A stretch of 64,000 nt of DNA, taken from the NCBI GenBank assembly GCA_014686905.1, contig GCA_014686905.1_4093.1. The stretch is one strand, 5' to 3'. This document shows positions 31,221 through 40,162 of this stretch, piece after piece (position 1 is the first letter of the stretch; each line of letters begins with the position of its first letter). The translations under genes and the position numbers were made by a program. Origin of the DNA: a phage. The notes under the pieces are model-generated. The model had not been told where the DNA came from. It worked only from the letters and a program-made list of their open reading frames with translations, and did not search any database.

Positions 31221-31228
31221 TTAAAAAT

Positions 31229-31600
31229 ATGAATATAGATTTGAAAGGTGCAACACGAACTGTTATCCTCATTGGGGAATATGCTATCAAGATTCCAACC
31301 TTTAAAAGTTGGAAGCTATTCTTAACAGGGATGATAGCTAACCTCAATGAACGTTCGTGGATGCAGTACTCCAATCGTAGTGATAGTAGTATCTGTCCTA
31401 CGTTGTGGTCATCATGTACTGGACTAGTAACTGTACAGAAACGTTGTAAGCCAGTTCAACATAGGGGTTTATTTTGGGTGGAGTTGTGTGCTTTAGCATT
31501 GAATTCAGAGTTAAGTACTGACTTCTTCTATTCAGATGCGAAGCCAGAAAACTTTGGGTATCTGGGTGGTAAGTTAGTTAAACTTGATTATGGAGATTAA
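31229..31600 (+). CDS. mini protein-kinase-like protein (~124 aa)
   Basis: EYAIKIP (beta3 Lys), DAKPENFGY (HRDxKPxN-like catalytic loop), KLDYGD (DFG-like). Confidence 0.5.
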   Translation: MNIDLKGATRTVILIGEYAIKIPTFKSWKLFLTGMIANLNERSWMQYSNRSDSSICPTLWSSCTGLVTVQKRCKPVQHRGLFWVELCALALNSELSTDFFYSDAKPENFGYLGGKLVKLDYGD

Positions 31601-31601
31601 T

Positions 31602-31871
31602 ATGTACGCACTGTATAATAAAGAAAAGAAACGATTTGCTAAGGTTGAAATTTCGATTGATACATTTGATATGTTGGAGTACTGTATTGTAACTGACCTA
31701 TATGCTAACTTGTATTACGTTCTTGATGACGTATCAGTACTGCAACGATTGCTTGAGAATTCCAAAAGTCAATGCCAGGGCATCCATGATGGTTCATCTT
31801 ATGAAACACCTGAGTGTTCCTACGGCTATCTGGACGGGTATGAGATTGTGAAGTTGGGGAACATTGAATAA
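31602..31871 (+). CDS. hypothetical protein (~89 aa)
   Basis: Start MYALYNKEK within track ORF 31584..31871. Confidence 0.5.
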   Translation: MYALYNKEKKRFAKVEISIDTFDMLEYCIVTDLYANLYYVLDDVSVLQRLLENSKSQCQGIHDGSSYETPECSYGYLDGYEIVKLGNIE

Positions 31872-31877
31872 AGAAAA

Positions 31878-31910
31878 GGGTTGACTTCGGTCAGCCCTTT
31901 TTGCTATAAT
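31878..31910 (+). terminator. terminator-promoter cassette (consensus copy)
   Basis: GGGTTGACTTCGGTCAGCCC + T5, TATAAT 18 nt after TTGACT, then ATTATTTCATCAA box. Confidence 0.7.
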
Positions 31911-31938
31911 TATTTCATCAAGACGAGAGGATGAATAC

Positions 31939-32454
31939 ATGACACGCATTAACTTAGTACACGTTAAAGAACTTGCTGACCAACATCTGATGGCTGAATA
32001 TCGTGAACTCCCACGTGTATTTGGTGCTGTACAAAAACACGTTCAAGCACGTAAGCGTGTACGTGATTTCAAAATTAACAGTACTTATCTGTTAGGTTCA
32101 GGTCATGTGACATTCTTTTACGACAAGTTGCTGTACTTACAGAAGCGTCATATCGATATTGTTAACGAATGTTTGCGTCGTGGTATGAAGATTCAAAACA
32201 CTGAAGTAAACGACATTAGCGGCTTCCCTGCTGAGTTTTGTAATGACTACGTACCAACGGAGTCAGAGATTAAAATGTCTCGTGATCGTTTGATTGAGAA
32301 GCTCCAGATGAAGCCTACGTGGTATAAGTTTACTGATGTTGAATGTCCACAGTACGTTAAAGATATGCAGAACGTAAGTAGTAAGAACGAATCTAGTACT
32401 GATATGTTCGACGAAATTGAAGAACAAATCAAAGATGAAATGAATAATTATTAA
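31939..32454 (+). CDS. denV: pyrimidine-dimer DNA glycosylase / endonuclease V (T4 DenV-like)
   Basis: N-terminus [35 protein letters not shown]...KRVRDFKI and ...[10 protein letters not shown]...PTWYK match my recollection of T4 endonuclease V, including catalytic Thr2. Confidence 0.85.
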   Translation: MTRINLVHVKELADQHLMAEYRELPRVFGAVQKHVQARKRVRDFKINSTYLLGSGHVTFFYDKLLYLQKRHIDIVNECLRRGMKIQNTEVNDISGFPAEFCNDYVPTESEIKMSRDRLIEKLQMKPTWYKFTDVECPQYVKDMQNVSSKNESSTDMFDEIEEQIKDEMNNY

Positions 32455-32492
32455 AGGAAAGGGTTGACTTCGGTTACACAAAGGAACATAAC

Positions 32493-32687
32493 ATGTTATT
32501 AGTATATTCAAAGCGTTTCTGGATTTCTTTTATTGTACTATCGCTAATCGGCTTCGGTTTGAGTATACTCTTTTCGTGGGATGAATTGGGTACATGGTAT
32601 TATGAAGTCCCGTGGTACATGAAGATAGCTCCTTGTTATGCGGCATTGTTCGTGTCATTCCTTATTGTTGTCTTCAGCGAGGATTAG
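32493..32687 (+). CDS. hypothetical small membrane protein (64 aa)
   Basis: Two TM-like segments; preceded by degenerate cassette copy 32459-32478. Confidence 0.45.
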   Translation: MLLVYSKRFWISFIVLSLIGFGLSILFSWDELGTWYYEVPWYMKIAPCYAALFVSFLIVVFSED

Positions 32688-32793
32688 TTGATGTAGTATG
32701 TGCTACACCAAAGTATTTGGATATTTTAGATATAAACATTGACACCTGTTCTATCTTTCTGTATTATGTACATCACCAAATGAGGAATACAAC

Positions 32794-33153
32794 ATGGCAT
32801 CTTTAAGTGAAATCGCAGAATACAACCCACTAACAATCTCAACAATTCAACGTACAAAAACTTTTTATTTCCGTCCTGCTGATGGATGGAAACGTGGAAT
32901 GAATGGTGACTATCGAGTACTGGAAGATTCACTAATCGAGCGTATCAACTCTGAACTACAGAAGTATGAAGGTGTTAAAGTTGTGCGTTCAACTTCTCGT
33001 TATTTTGAGTACTACATTGAGTCTTCAACTGTAAATGAAAACTCATCATTCTCGGTGGACAACACTGATATTCTTCGTAATGCTGTTGGTCTTTTATGCA
33101 GGATTGCAGAAGAAATTGGATTAACTATCACCACAATGAGTGAGTTAGAATAA
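32794..33153 (+). CDS. hypothetical protein (119 aa)
   Basis: ORF, SD GAGGAA. Confidence 0.55.
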   Translation: MASLSEIAEYNPLTISTIQRTKTFYFRPADGWKRGMNGDYRVLEDSLIERINSELQKYEGVKVVRSTSRYFEYYIESSTVNENSSFSVDNTDILRNAVGLLCRIAEEIGLTITTMSELE

Positions 33154-33159
33154 CATAAA

Positions 33160-33192
33160 GGGTTGACTTCGGTCAGCCCTTTTTGCTATAAT
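33160..33192 (+). terminator. terminator-promoter cassette
   Basis: GGGTTGACTTCGGTCAGCCC + T5 + TATAAT + ATTATTTCATCAA. Confidence 0.7.
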
Positions 33193-33218
33193 TATTTCAT
33201 CAACACAAGAGGTAACAA

Positions 33219-33455
33219 ATGAAACTATCTTTTATACGATTAGCTGAATTCTTCGGTACTGATGTAATTACTTTACAACAAATTGCAGATAATACTTCAT
33301 TAAGTACACAAGAAGTACTTGACTTAGATGTAATTCAGTGCGATAATACTTCCATCGATTTCAAAGAAGGTCTTGTCGAAAAAGATAAGATTAAAGCTAA
33401 GATTAATGGTGCTGGGCGGGTTCAGTACTGGAAAGGAGTATTAAGTAATGTTTGA
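33219..33455 (+). CDS. hypothetical protein (78 aa)
   Basis: ORF, SD AGAGGT. Confidence 0.5.
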   Translation: MKLSFIRLAEFFGTDVITLQQIADNTSLSTQEVLDLDVIQCDNTSIDFKEGLVEKDKIKAKINGAGRVQYWKGVLSNV

Positions 33456-34566
33456 ACAGTATTATTTAAATGAAGATGGTGAAAAAGTTTATTTTCATGA
33501 AGAACTTGGTATGCGTTTTGAATGGATGAAGCCTGAAGATATAAAAAGGGTTTCAAAAGGACTCACTGCTAAGGATCATGTTGATGACATAGAAGCAAAA
33601 TTAAAAAACAAAGATATTGACAATATTACTATTATTGGATTATCAGTTAAATCATCACGTGAGTTTGGTAAAAACGGAAATAGTAATAACAATTTACTGA
33701 TTATGTATAATGGGGTATTGTATGATAATTATAAAATAACTGGTTTAAAAACAAAGCTTGAAAAAATAACAAACAATAAATTCAAGCCATCATTTACCTA
33801 TACAGATGAAAATTATTATTACTATGTAACCAAATTGGGTTCTCTTGAGGAAAGAGGATGCTATATATATGAAAATGAACATTTAGACAATGGGATAATG
33901 TCATATATTAAATTCACATATTCCGATGGATTTACACAACCACGAAGAATAAATGATATAATTACAAAAACATCAATGAACGTTAGATATTTTATAACAC
34001 CTGAAATGCGTGAAACAATTGCTAACACACGCTGTAATGAACTAGGATATACATTAAAAGAAGTTTACAAGAAATCAAATGGTCGTTATTATGTAAAATA
34101 TATATGTGATAAAGGACACGAGTGTAATCAAGACTATTATGCGTTTACTAGTAAACAAGCACAAAAGTGTGGATGCTGTTCCCAATTAGAAACACACTCA
34201 TTTGGTCATAATGATTGTAAAGAGTTTTTGAGAGGAATGTTTGTTACTGAAAGAGAGAAAACATTTCCTGATTTAAAAAATAAATCAAAACTTCCATATG
34301 ATTTTTATATTCGTGATATTAATACGTTATTTGAATATGATGGTAGTAATCACTTTGAAGAACGTGAATCAGGATGGGGAAACGGACTTATGAGGAAAAA
34401 ACACGATAAAATCAAAACAGAATACGCAATAAAAAATGGATATAACTTCATTCGTATTGCGTATTATGAAGACCATATTGGAGCATTGAAATCTTTCCTT
34501 AAACTCATTGAAGAGAATCCAGGAAAGCAAATCGTGCAGATCTATGGTGAAGTACAAATTATCTAA
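33448..34566 (+). CDS. putative endonuclease-like protein with Cys cluster (372 aa)
   Basis: CDKGHECNQ...CGCCS Zn-finger-like cluster, then PYDFYIRDINTLFEYDGSNHFEE resembling a restriction-endonuclease-like core. Confidence 0.45.
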   Translation: MFEQYYLNEDGEKVYFHEELGMRFEWMKPEDIKRVSKGLTAKDHVDDIEAKLKNKDIDNITIIGLSVKSSREFGKNGNSNNNLLIMYNGVLYDNYKITGLKTKLEKITNNKFKPSFTYTDENYYYYVTKLGSLEERGCYIYENEHLDNGIMSYIKFTYSDGFTQPRRINDIITKTSMNVRYFITPEMRETIANTRCNELGYTLKEVYKKSNGRYYVKYICDKGHECNQDYYAFTSKQAQKCGCCSQLETHSFGHNDCKEFLRGMFVTEREKTFPDLKNKSKLPYDFYIRDINTLFEYDGSNHFEERESGWGNGLMRKKHDKIKTEYAIKNGYNFIRIAYYEDHIGALKSFLKLIEENPGKQIVQIYGEVQII

Positions 34567-34574
34567 AACAAAAG

Positions 34575-34606
34575 GGTTGACTTCGGTCAGCCCTTTTTGC
34601 TATAAT
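34575..34606 (+). terminator. terminator-promoter cassette
   Basis: GGGTTGACTTCGGTCAGCCC + T5 + TATAAT + ATTATTTCATCAA. Confidence 0.7.
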
Positions 34607-34634
34607 TATTTCATCAACTGATGAGGATAACGAA

Positions 34635-35405
34635 ATGACCAGAGAAGCACGTAGCATTCAAATCCAGAAAAACTTCAACTCCATGATGGTTGCTCTTGAG
34701 TGTTTGCTCGACGATAGCAGTACTGTAAAAAGTATGGTTGTCAGTGGTGCTCCTGGTGTTGGTAAGACTTACACCCTGTCTAAACGCCTCCAGAAAGCTC
34801 ATGACGCAGCAGAATGGAACGTAGCTACTATCAGTGGTAAGATGACTACACTGGCTCTGTACGAAGTTCTGTACAAGAATCGTCACAGCACCAACGTGTT
34901 AGTACTGGATGATATGGACAGCATCTTTGATTCTGAAGACGGTATGAACCTGCTCAAAGCTGTTTTGGATAGTGGTAAGCGTACTGTATCTTATATGACT
35001 AGCTCTAAGTACTTGAGCACTAACGGCATTCCTAATAGCTTTGATTTTAATGGTCGCATCGTATTCATTACTAACAAAGATTTAGCGTTAGATGCTAAAG
35101 CTAAAACTAAAATGTCTGCTCATTATGCTGCTCTTATGTCTCGTTCTGTGTACGTGGATTTACAGATTCAGACTAAAAGTGATATCATGATTCATATTGA
35201 AAATGTAATGACTAAGACTAATATTCTTGCATCTAAAGGTGTTAACAGTAACGGCAGTAAAGCAATTCTGAACTGGATGTTAAAACATGAAGATAATCTT
35301 CGTGCACCATCCCTGCGTATGCCTTTGTTGATTTCAGCAGTATATAACAACAATCCGTATGATTGGGAAGAACAATGTGAAAACTTGTTCCTTGAGAAAA
35401 TCTAA
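34635..35405 (+). CDS. P-loop NTPase / AAA-type ATPase (256 aa)
   Basis: Walker A GAPGVGKT, Walker B VLVLDDMD. Confidence 0.7.
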   Translation: MTREARSIQIQKNFNSMMVALECLLDDSSTVKSMVVSGAPGVGKTYTLSKRLQKAHDAAEWNVATISGKMTTLALYEVLYKNRHSTNVLVLDDMDSIFDSEDGMNLLKAVLDSGKRTVSYMTSSKYLSTNGIPNSFDFNGRIVFITNKDLALDAKAKTKMSAHYAALMSRSVYVDLQIQTKSDIMIHIENVMTKTNILASKGVNSNGSKAILNWMLKHEDNLRAPSLRMPLLISAVYNNNPYDWEEQCENLFLEKI

Positions 35406-35472
35406 TTACATATGTTGACAGTACTACCATAGTGTAGTACTATAACTTAATATTCACCACCGGAGATACGAT

Positions 35473-35814
35473 ATGCTTGAGTTTTTTAATTCAGATACAA
35501 TGCTTGGTATCACGCTAATTTACATGTTTGTATTTTTGTGTTATCATTCAATTGTAATTAGTCTGTGGTATTTTAAAAGGAAAATTGTTTTTAAATTGTA
35601 TTCGGATGATAATGTAGTCTTAGTTTTATATAGTATTATCCAAGGTGGGTTTATTTTATTTGGTGTGATGACATATGCGATTTACATGTTACAAATTGAT
35701 AATACACCACACATTACACAATATCTTGTGTTTTCAGGTCTAATCGTGTGGTTGTTGGTGTGTAGCATATACTTTATTATTAAAGCTCGTGATAGAATTA
35801 AAGGGGATTTCTAA
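35473..35814 (+). CDS. small membrane protein, YFK-family
   Basis: TM helices, WYFKRKIVFKLY, C-terminal RDRIKGDF. Confidence 0.55.
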   Translation: MLEFFNSDTMLGITLIYMFVFLCYHSIVISLWYFKRKIVFKLYSDDNVVLVLYSIIQGGFILFGVMTYAIYMLQIDNTPHITQYLVFSGLIVWLLVCSIYFIIKARDRIKGDF

Positions 35815-36152
35815 TGTTAACATTCTTTAAGTCAGATACAATGCTTAGTATTACTTTGATTTATCTTTTTGGTTTTTTCTTTTATCATGCACTGGTTGTA
35901 GTACTATGGTATTTTAAAAAGAAAATTGTTTTTAAACTGTATCCAGTGAGGAATTCATCACTAGTTCTTTACACAATTGTTCAAGGTTTGTTTGCAATTG
36001 TTGGTCTTATGGCACACTTAATTTATTGTGCTAATCCTCACTTGAACTCAATCTCACAATATATTGTATTCTTTGGGTTGTTCATTTGGTTAGGTGTATA
36101 CTTAATCCATCTCATTATTCATGGTAGAGATAAAATTCGCGGAGACTTCTAA
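35814..36152 (+). CDS. small membrane protein, YFK-family
   Basis: Close paralog of 35473 (WYFKKKIVFKLY ... RDKIRGDF). Confidence 0.55.
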   Translation: MLTFFKSDTMLSITLIYLFGFFFYHALVVVLWYFKKKIVFKLYPVRNSSLVLYTIVQGLFAIVGLMAHLIYCANPHLNSISQYIVFFGLFIWLGVYLIHLIIHGRDKIRGDF

Positions 36153-36499
36153 TGTTTGAAGCTTATCTTGAGTTTTTAAGGAGTAGTCCAGTTGCACATT
36201 CACTTGCAGGGATTATTCTAACAACTTATGTATCATTTTGGGTAGTTATGTTTCTAGGATGGTATTTTAAACGACAATTCTATAAACGTAATGGTGAAGA
36301 TTTTATGAATTCTGTCATTAATCAATCGTTGTTTGCATCAACATTGATTGCATGTATTGTAGCAACACTCACAGGAAAGGTACTACCAGCTTTTTCCGCA
36401 GTTTACGGCACACTTGGGATGATATGTTTAACTTTTATATTGACCATTAAAATTTGTTGTGTTATGATTGAACTTCGAAATAAGATACCGGAGGAATGA
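36152..36499 (+). CDS. small membrane protein, YFK-family
   Basis: WYFKRQFYKR, C-terminal ELRNKIPEE. Confidence 0.55.
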   Translation: MFEAYLEFLRSSPVAHSLAGIILTTYVSFWVVMFLGWYFKRQFYKRNGEDFMNSVINQSLFASTLIACIVATLTGKVLPAFSAVYGTLGMICLTFILTIKICCVMIELRNKIPEE

Positions 36500-36834
36500 T
36501 GGAGTACTTTATTGATTTACTGCCGTGGTATATGAAAGTTAGTACCATGTACTATATTATTAGTGCTGGATTCTACTTTCTGATGTGGTTCTTTAAACGA
36601 CCAATTTCAGTATTCATCGCTGATAACATGCTGCAATTAAAATTACACGCATGGTTTGGTCTGGCGATGATTATGCCTATTATTCACTACTCAATGATTA
36701 GTAGAGGTTTCCGTTCTAATGGTGAACCAATTGTATTAGTATTCTATTGGGGTTCAACTATTGCATATGTAAGTTTGTTGTTGTTCCCAGTCGTTCATAA
36801 GTTACGTGCTAAAGTTCCTGATGCGAGGTACTAA
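36496..36834 (+). CDS. small membrane protein, YFK-family
   Basis: WFFKRPISVF, C-terminal LRAKVPDARY. Confidence 0.55.
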   Translation: MMEYFIDLLPWYMKVSTMYYIISAGFYFLMWFFKRPISVFIADNMLQLKLHAWFGLAMIMPIIHYSMISRGFRSNGEPIVLVFYWGSTIAYVSLLLFPVVHKLRAKVPDARY

Positions 36835-37148
36835 TGGATATAGTAACATTGATTTACACGTTGTATTCATTCTATTTCATTATGTGTTGGGTTGGATTTT
36901 TATTTGTACTCAAGATGTTTGATTATGTTGAAAAACAGATAAAAGAATTTTGTATTCCTTTTATCGGTTCAACCATTATTAGTGTTTCTTGTGTGTATTT
37001 TTTGGTTTTTGATCCACCAGATAACACTGCAATGATTGACTTGATGTTACTACCAACAACTGTTACTTTTTTATGTAGTCTGATGCCGCCGATTAGCCGT
37101 GGACTAACAGAATTTAGACGCAATCAAAAGCGTAAACGAGGGATGTAA
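36834..37148 (+). CDS. small membrane protein (104 aa)
   Basis: TM helices, basic C-terminal tail. Confidence 0.5.
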   Translation: MDIVTLIYTLYSFYFIMCWVGFLFVLKMFDYVEKQIKEFCIPFIGSTIISVSCVYFLVFDPPDNTAMIDLMLLPTTVTFLCSLMPPISRGLTEFRRNQKRKRGM

Positions 37149-37516
37149 TGGAAATTGCTCTTATTATCTTAACTGCTATGTTGTTTATTAGTACTGTGGT
37201 TATAATTGGTAAATTCTTTTGTGTATCATTTTTAGAAACGGTATACGATGAAATTGCTGATGATTATGAACTACAAGCCGGATTTTTCATTACGTATTGG
37301 CTTAGTTTATTTTGTCTAGTCATTGCTTGGATTTTACATATCTTTAAATGGGGTATGGTAGACGGTGATCCTATTATGGCAATTATTGTTCTAGTGTTTG
37401 GTATCCTTGGTGGTGCAGTGCATAATCTAATGGTTATCTGGCAAACTGTTCAATATGTTTTGGTTCCCTATTTCGAAAAGATGCACAGTACAATTAAAAA
37501 ACGTAAACGAGGTTAG
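37148..37516 (+). CDS. small membrane protein (122 aa)
   Basis: TM helices, basic tail IKKRKRG. Confidence 0.5.
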   Translation: MEIALIILTAMLFISTVVIIGKFFCVSFLETVYDEIADDYELQAGFFITYWLSLFCLVIAWILHIFKWGMVDGDPIMAIIVLVFGILGGAVHNLMVIWQTVQYVLVPYFEKMHSTIKKRKRG

Positions 37517-37517
37517 T

Positions 37518-37880
37518 ATGAACGGGATAGAATTATCTTTCGTTGGTCAATTACTAGTAATGGCGTATACATTTATCTTCTCACTGAATGCATTCGTGTG
37601 CATTGGGAAGTACTTCCATAAGCGACCATTATCAAATATATATGATGTAATCCAAAAGAGATATAGTCCAGCATATACTGTGTTGGGTACAGTATTCAAT
37701 TTTGGTTTTATTGTATTAATAATTGGACTGTTCACATCCTCTTTGAATACAATAACCTTCGGTCTTATGATATGTTCATTGGTATTAGCCGTAATTATAT
37801 GTTGTTTAGTACTGCACCTTGTGGTACTATTGTATATAAAGATCTCTGAAATCCACCAACGTTTGGGTATGAGGAAATAA
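37518..37880 (+). CDS. small membrane protein (~120 aa)
   Basis: Start MNGIELSF with SD GAGG; TM helices. Confidence 0.5.
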   Translation: MNGIELSFVGQLLVMAYTFIFSLNAFVCIGKYFHKRPLSNIYDVIQKRYSPAYTVLGTVFNFGFIVLIIGLFTSSLNTITFGLMICSLVLAVIICCLVLHLVVLLYIKISEIHQRLGMRK

Positions 37881-37881
37881 T

Positions 37882-38253
37882 ATGAGTTACCGTGAGATAT
37901 TTTCCATTATTTCAATTATTATGTTCAGTACTGGAACACTGGTATGGTTATTATACTTCTTCTGTATTAATCCAGTGTATAATATGTTATGTAATATTAA
38001 ATCAAGTGCCGGATATATCACTTTTATGGTCTTTATGGGATATTATTGTCTAAGCATTTTAGGTGTTGTTTTGGTTGTTATATTTGATGTGGGACCAAAT
38101 AGTGATGGTATGGAAATACATGAATTAATAACCATGTTTGGATGTATGATACCAACAGCACTACTGTTTGTAGCTACTGGTAGTGGATTGATAAAATTAT
38201 ATAATTATTTAAAATCCATTCATAATTCCATTCATAATAAGCGTATGTCATAA
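37882..38253 (+). CDS. small membrane protein (123 aa)
   Basis: TM helices, SD GAGGAA. Confidence 0.5.
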   Translation: MSYREIFSIISIIMFSTGTLVWLLYFFCINPVYNMLCNIKSSAGYITFMVFMGYYCLSILGVVLVVIFDVGPNSDGMEIHELITMFGCMIPTALLFVATGSGLIKLYNYLKSIHNSIHNKRMS

Positions 38254-38258
38254 TAAAA

Positions 38259-38283
38259 ATCCAGTACTATTAAGTACTGGATT
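38259..38283 (+). terminator. perfect hairpin (possible terminator or processing site)
   Basis: AATCCAGTACT-ATTA-AGTACTGGATT; no clear T-run. Confidence 0.35.
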
Positions 38284-38294
38284 AATAAGGAGTT

Positions 38295-38957
38295 ATGATG
38301 AAAACAAAATTAGGTTTGTTTTATAAAAATTATTTCGTTAAACAGCGTAAATTTATAAAAAAATATTTCTCTGGTGAGAAGTCTAGTCCTATAATTTTTA
38401 AAAGACCAAGTTATAATACTTACTTAGCTGGTGCTAAACAGTCTAAGAAATTTATTACTCTTTTAAATAAAAACAAAATTAAAGCTTCTTATGTTGAAAC
38501 GAGAAGAAACTCATCAATAACTCCTGGTGATTTTATTGAGTACGGATGTTTCAATATTAAGTACAATGATAATACATACTTTATGGATATTGATTGTAAT
38601 ACATCCAATCTTTTTAACATTGTAGTAAATCCATTAAAACAATATAATGTTTATGGTGATTCTATTATCAAATTAATCAAAAACAAAGATAGCTTTGATT
38701 TTGAAATAAATGTTTTAGATGATAATTTTGACGAAGTACCAGTAAACCCTGAAATCTGTGATATTTTAAACAGTTTAAAAGGTAGTACCTACAATATATC
38801 ATCTGATTTAATGTTTCAGTACTCATTAATCCATAAAGATATTGAAAAGTATATTGAATGCTCCAAAATTTTGAATTATCTTTACGATGAATTTAAAAAG
38901 AGTTCTAAAATAACTGCATACACTTTGTACAATATTCCTAAAATGGTGAATCTTTGA
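38295..38957 (+). CDS. hypothetical protein (220 aa)
   Basis: ORF, SD AAGGAG; 3' end converges on the RCC1 array. Confidence 0.55.
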   Translation: MMKTKLGLFYKNYFVKQRKFIKKYFSGEKSSPIIFKRPSYNTYLAGAKQSKKFITLLNKNKIKASYVETRRNSSITPGDFIEYGCFNIKYNDNTYFMDIDCNTSNLFNIVVNPLKQYNVYGDSIIKLIKNKDSFDFEINVLDDNFDEVPVNPEICDILNSLKGSTYNISSDLMFQYSLIHKDIEKYIECSKILNYLYDEFKKSSKITAYTLYNIPKMVNL

Positions 38958-40090
38958 CAAATACAGTACTGGCAACTCCACCGTCTGTAATATATTGTCC
39001 AGTACTGTAAATTTGTATACCATCGGTTAAGTAAGTTCTGTATAAAGTTGCTGTAACATATACGTTATTCATATTCATCTCTATTGGTAGTACACATTTG
39101 GTATAGGCCGACACATCTGTTTGTGTACCTATACCCAATTGACCTGCGTTATCGCCTGTGTTATAACCAGTTGCGTAAACACCTAATGAAGTTATAATAT
39201 GATTAGAAAAATATGAATAACCCACACTGCTTCTTATTATATCACCTGGTGCTTGTGTTGTTTGTCTTAACGAAATATATGTTTGTGATGTAGAACCATT
39301 TGCTAACTGACCAAAGTACTGTCCACCACCATGATATGCAAATAATTTATTAGTACTATTATTACTTGCTATAGCAAAAGCGAAGTAACTTGAGTTTGTT
39401 GTATAATCTTTCACCGTATAGGTATTAGTTATTTGAGAACATAACGTGTACTTTGAATATAACGTCATGTCGGTTGTACCTACGCCTGATATTGCACCAG
39501 TATAATACAATCTCCCATCGGTTCCAATAAATCCTTGCATAAGAAAATTTGCCAGTATTTTGGATGGTGTTACTCCAGTAGGTACTGTTCCTTGTACAAA
39601 TGATGAAAGTGAATCGGTACTTCTACCATTTCCCAGTTGTCCATAACTACCATAACCAGTATTCCATATCGTGTTGTCTGTACATAATACGCTTAATGCA
39701 CCTGCACTAACTGCAATTTGTTTTATTGTTTTTCCTAGGGCTGTTATTCTATCAAACACTATCTTTGCAGAAGCCCACGTAGTAGACTTATCAGTTGATA
39801 AACCCAATGATGCACCATTCCCAGCGTACCACATCGTATTATCTTTCTTTTTTATTAAAGTTGACTCATACCCGCACCCATATATCTTCTACGTTTGTAT
39901 TGCATAAAACCCATTGGGTCTGTGTTATAATATTACCTATACCCATTTGCCCAAACTCTTGAGAGCCTCTACTGTATAGTGTCCCGTCTGACATAAGGGC
40001 AAAAACTGTCGTATCAGATGAAGATATTTTGGTAACAGTAGGGGGTAGGTTCTTTTTTGATGATGTGATAATTCTTCCAAAGGGTAGCAT
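38938..40090 (-). pseudogene. RCC1-like repeat protein, paralog 1, interrupted by frameshift near 39870-39890
   Basis: N-part starts MLPFGRII and stops at 39866; RCC1-like body continues in another frame (track ORF 38938..39834); indel in a C-run. Confidence 0.6.
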
Positions 40091-40162
40091 TGTATCCTCC
40101 AAATGTAAATCGTTATTATATTTAGGACAAAAAAATGCCAGTACAAGGCACTGGCATAAAAT

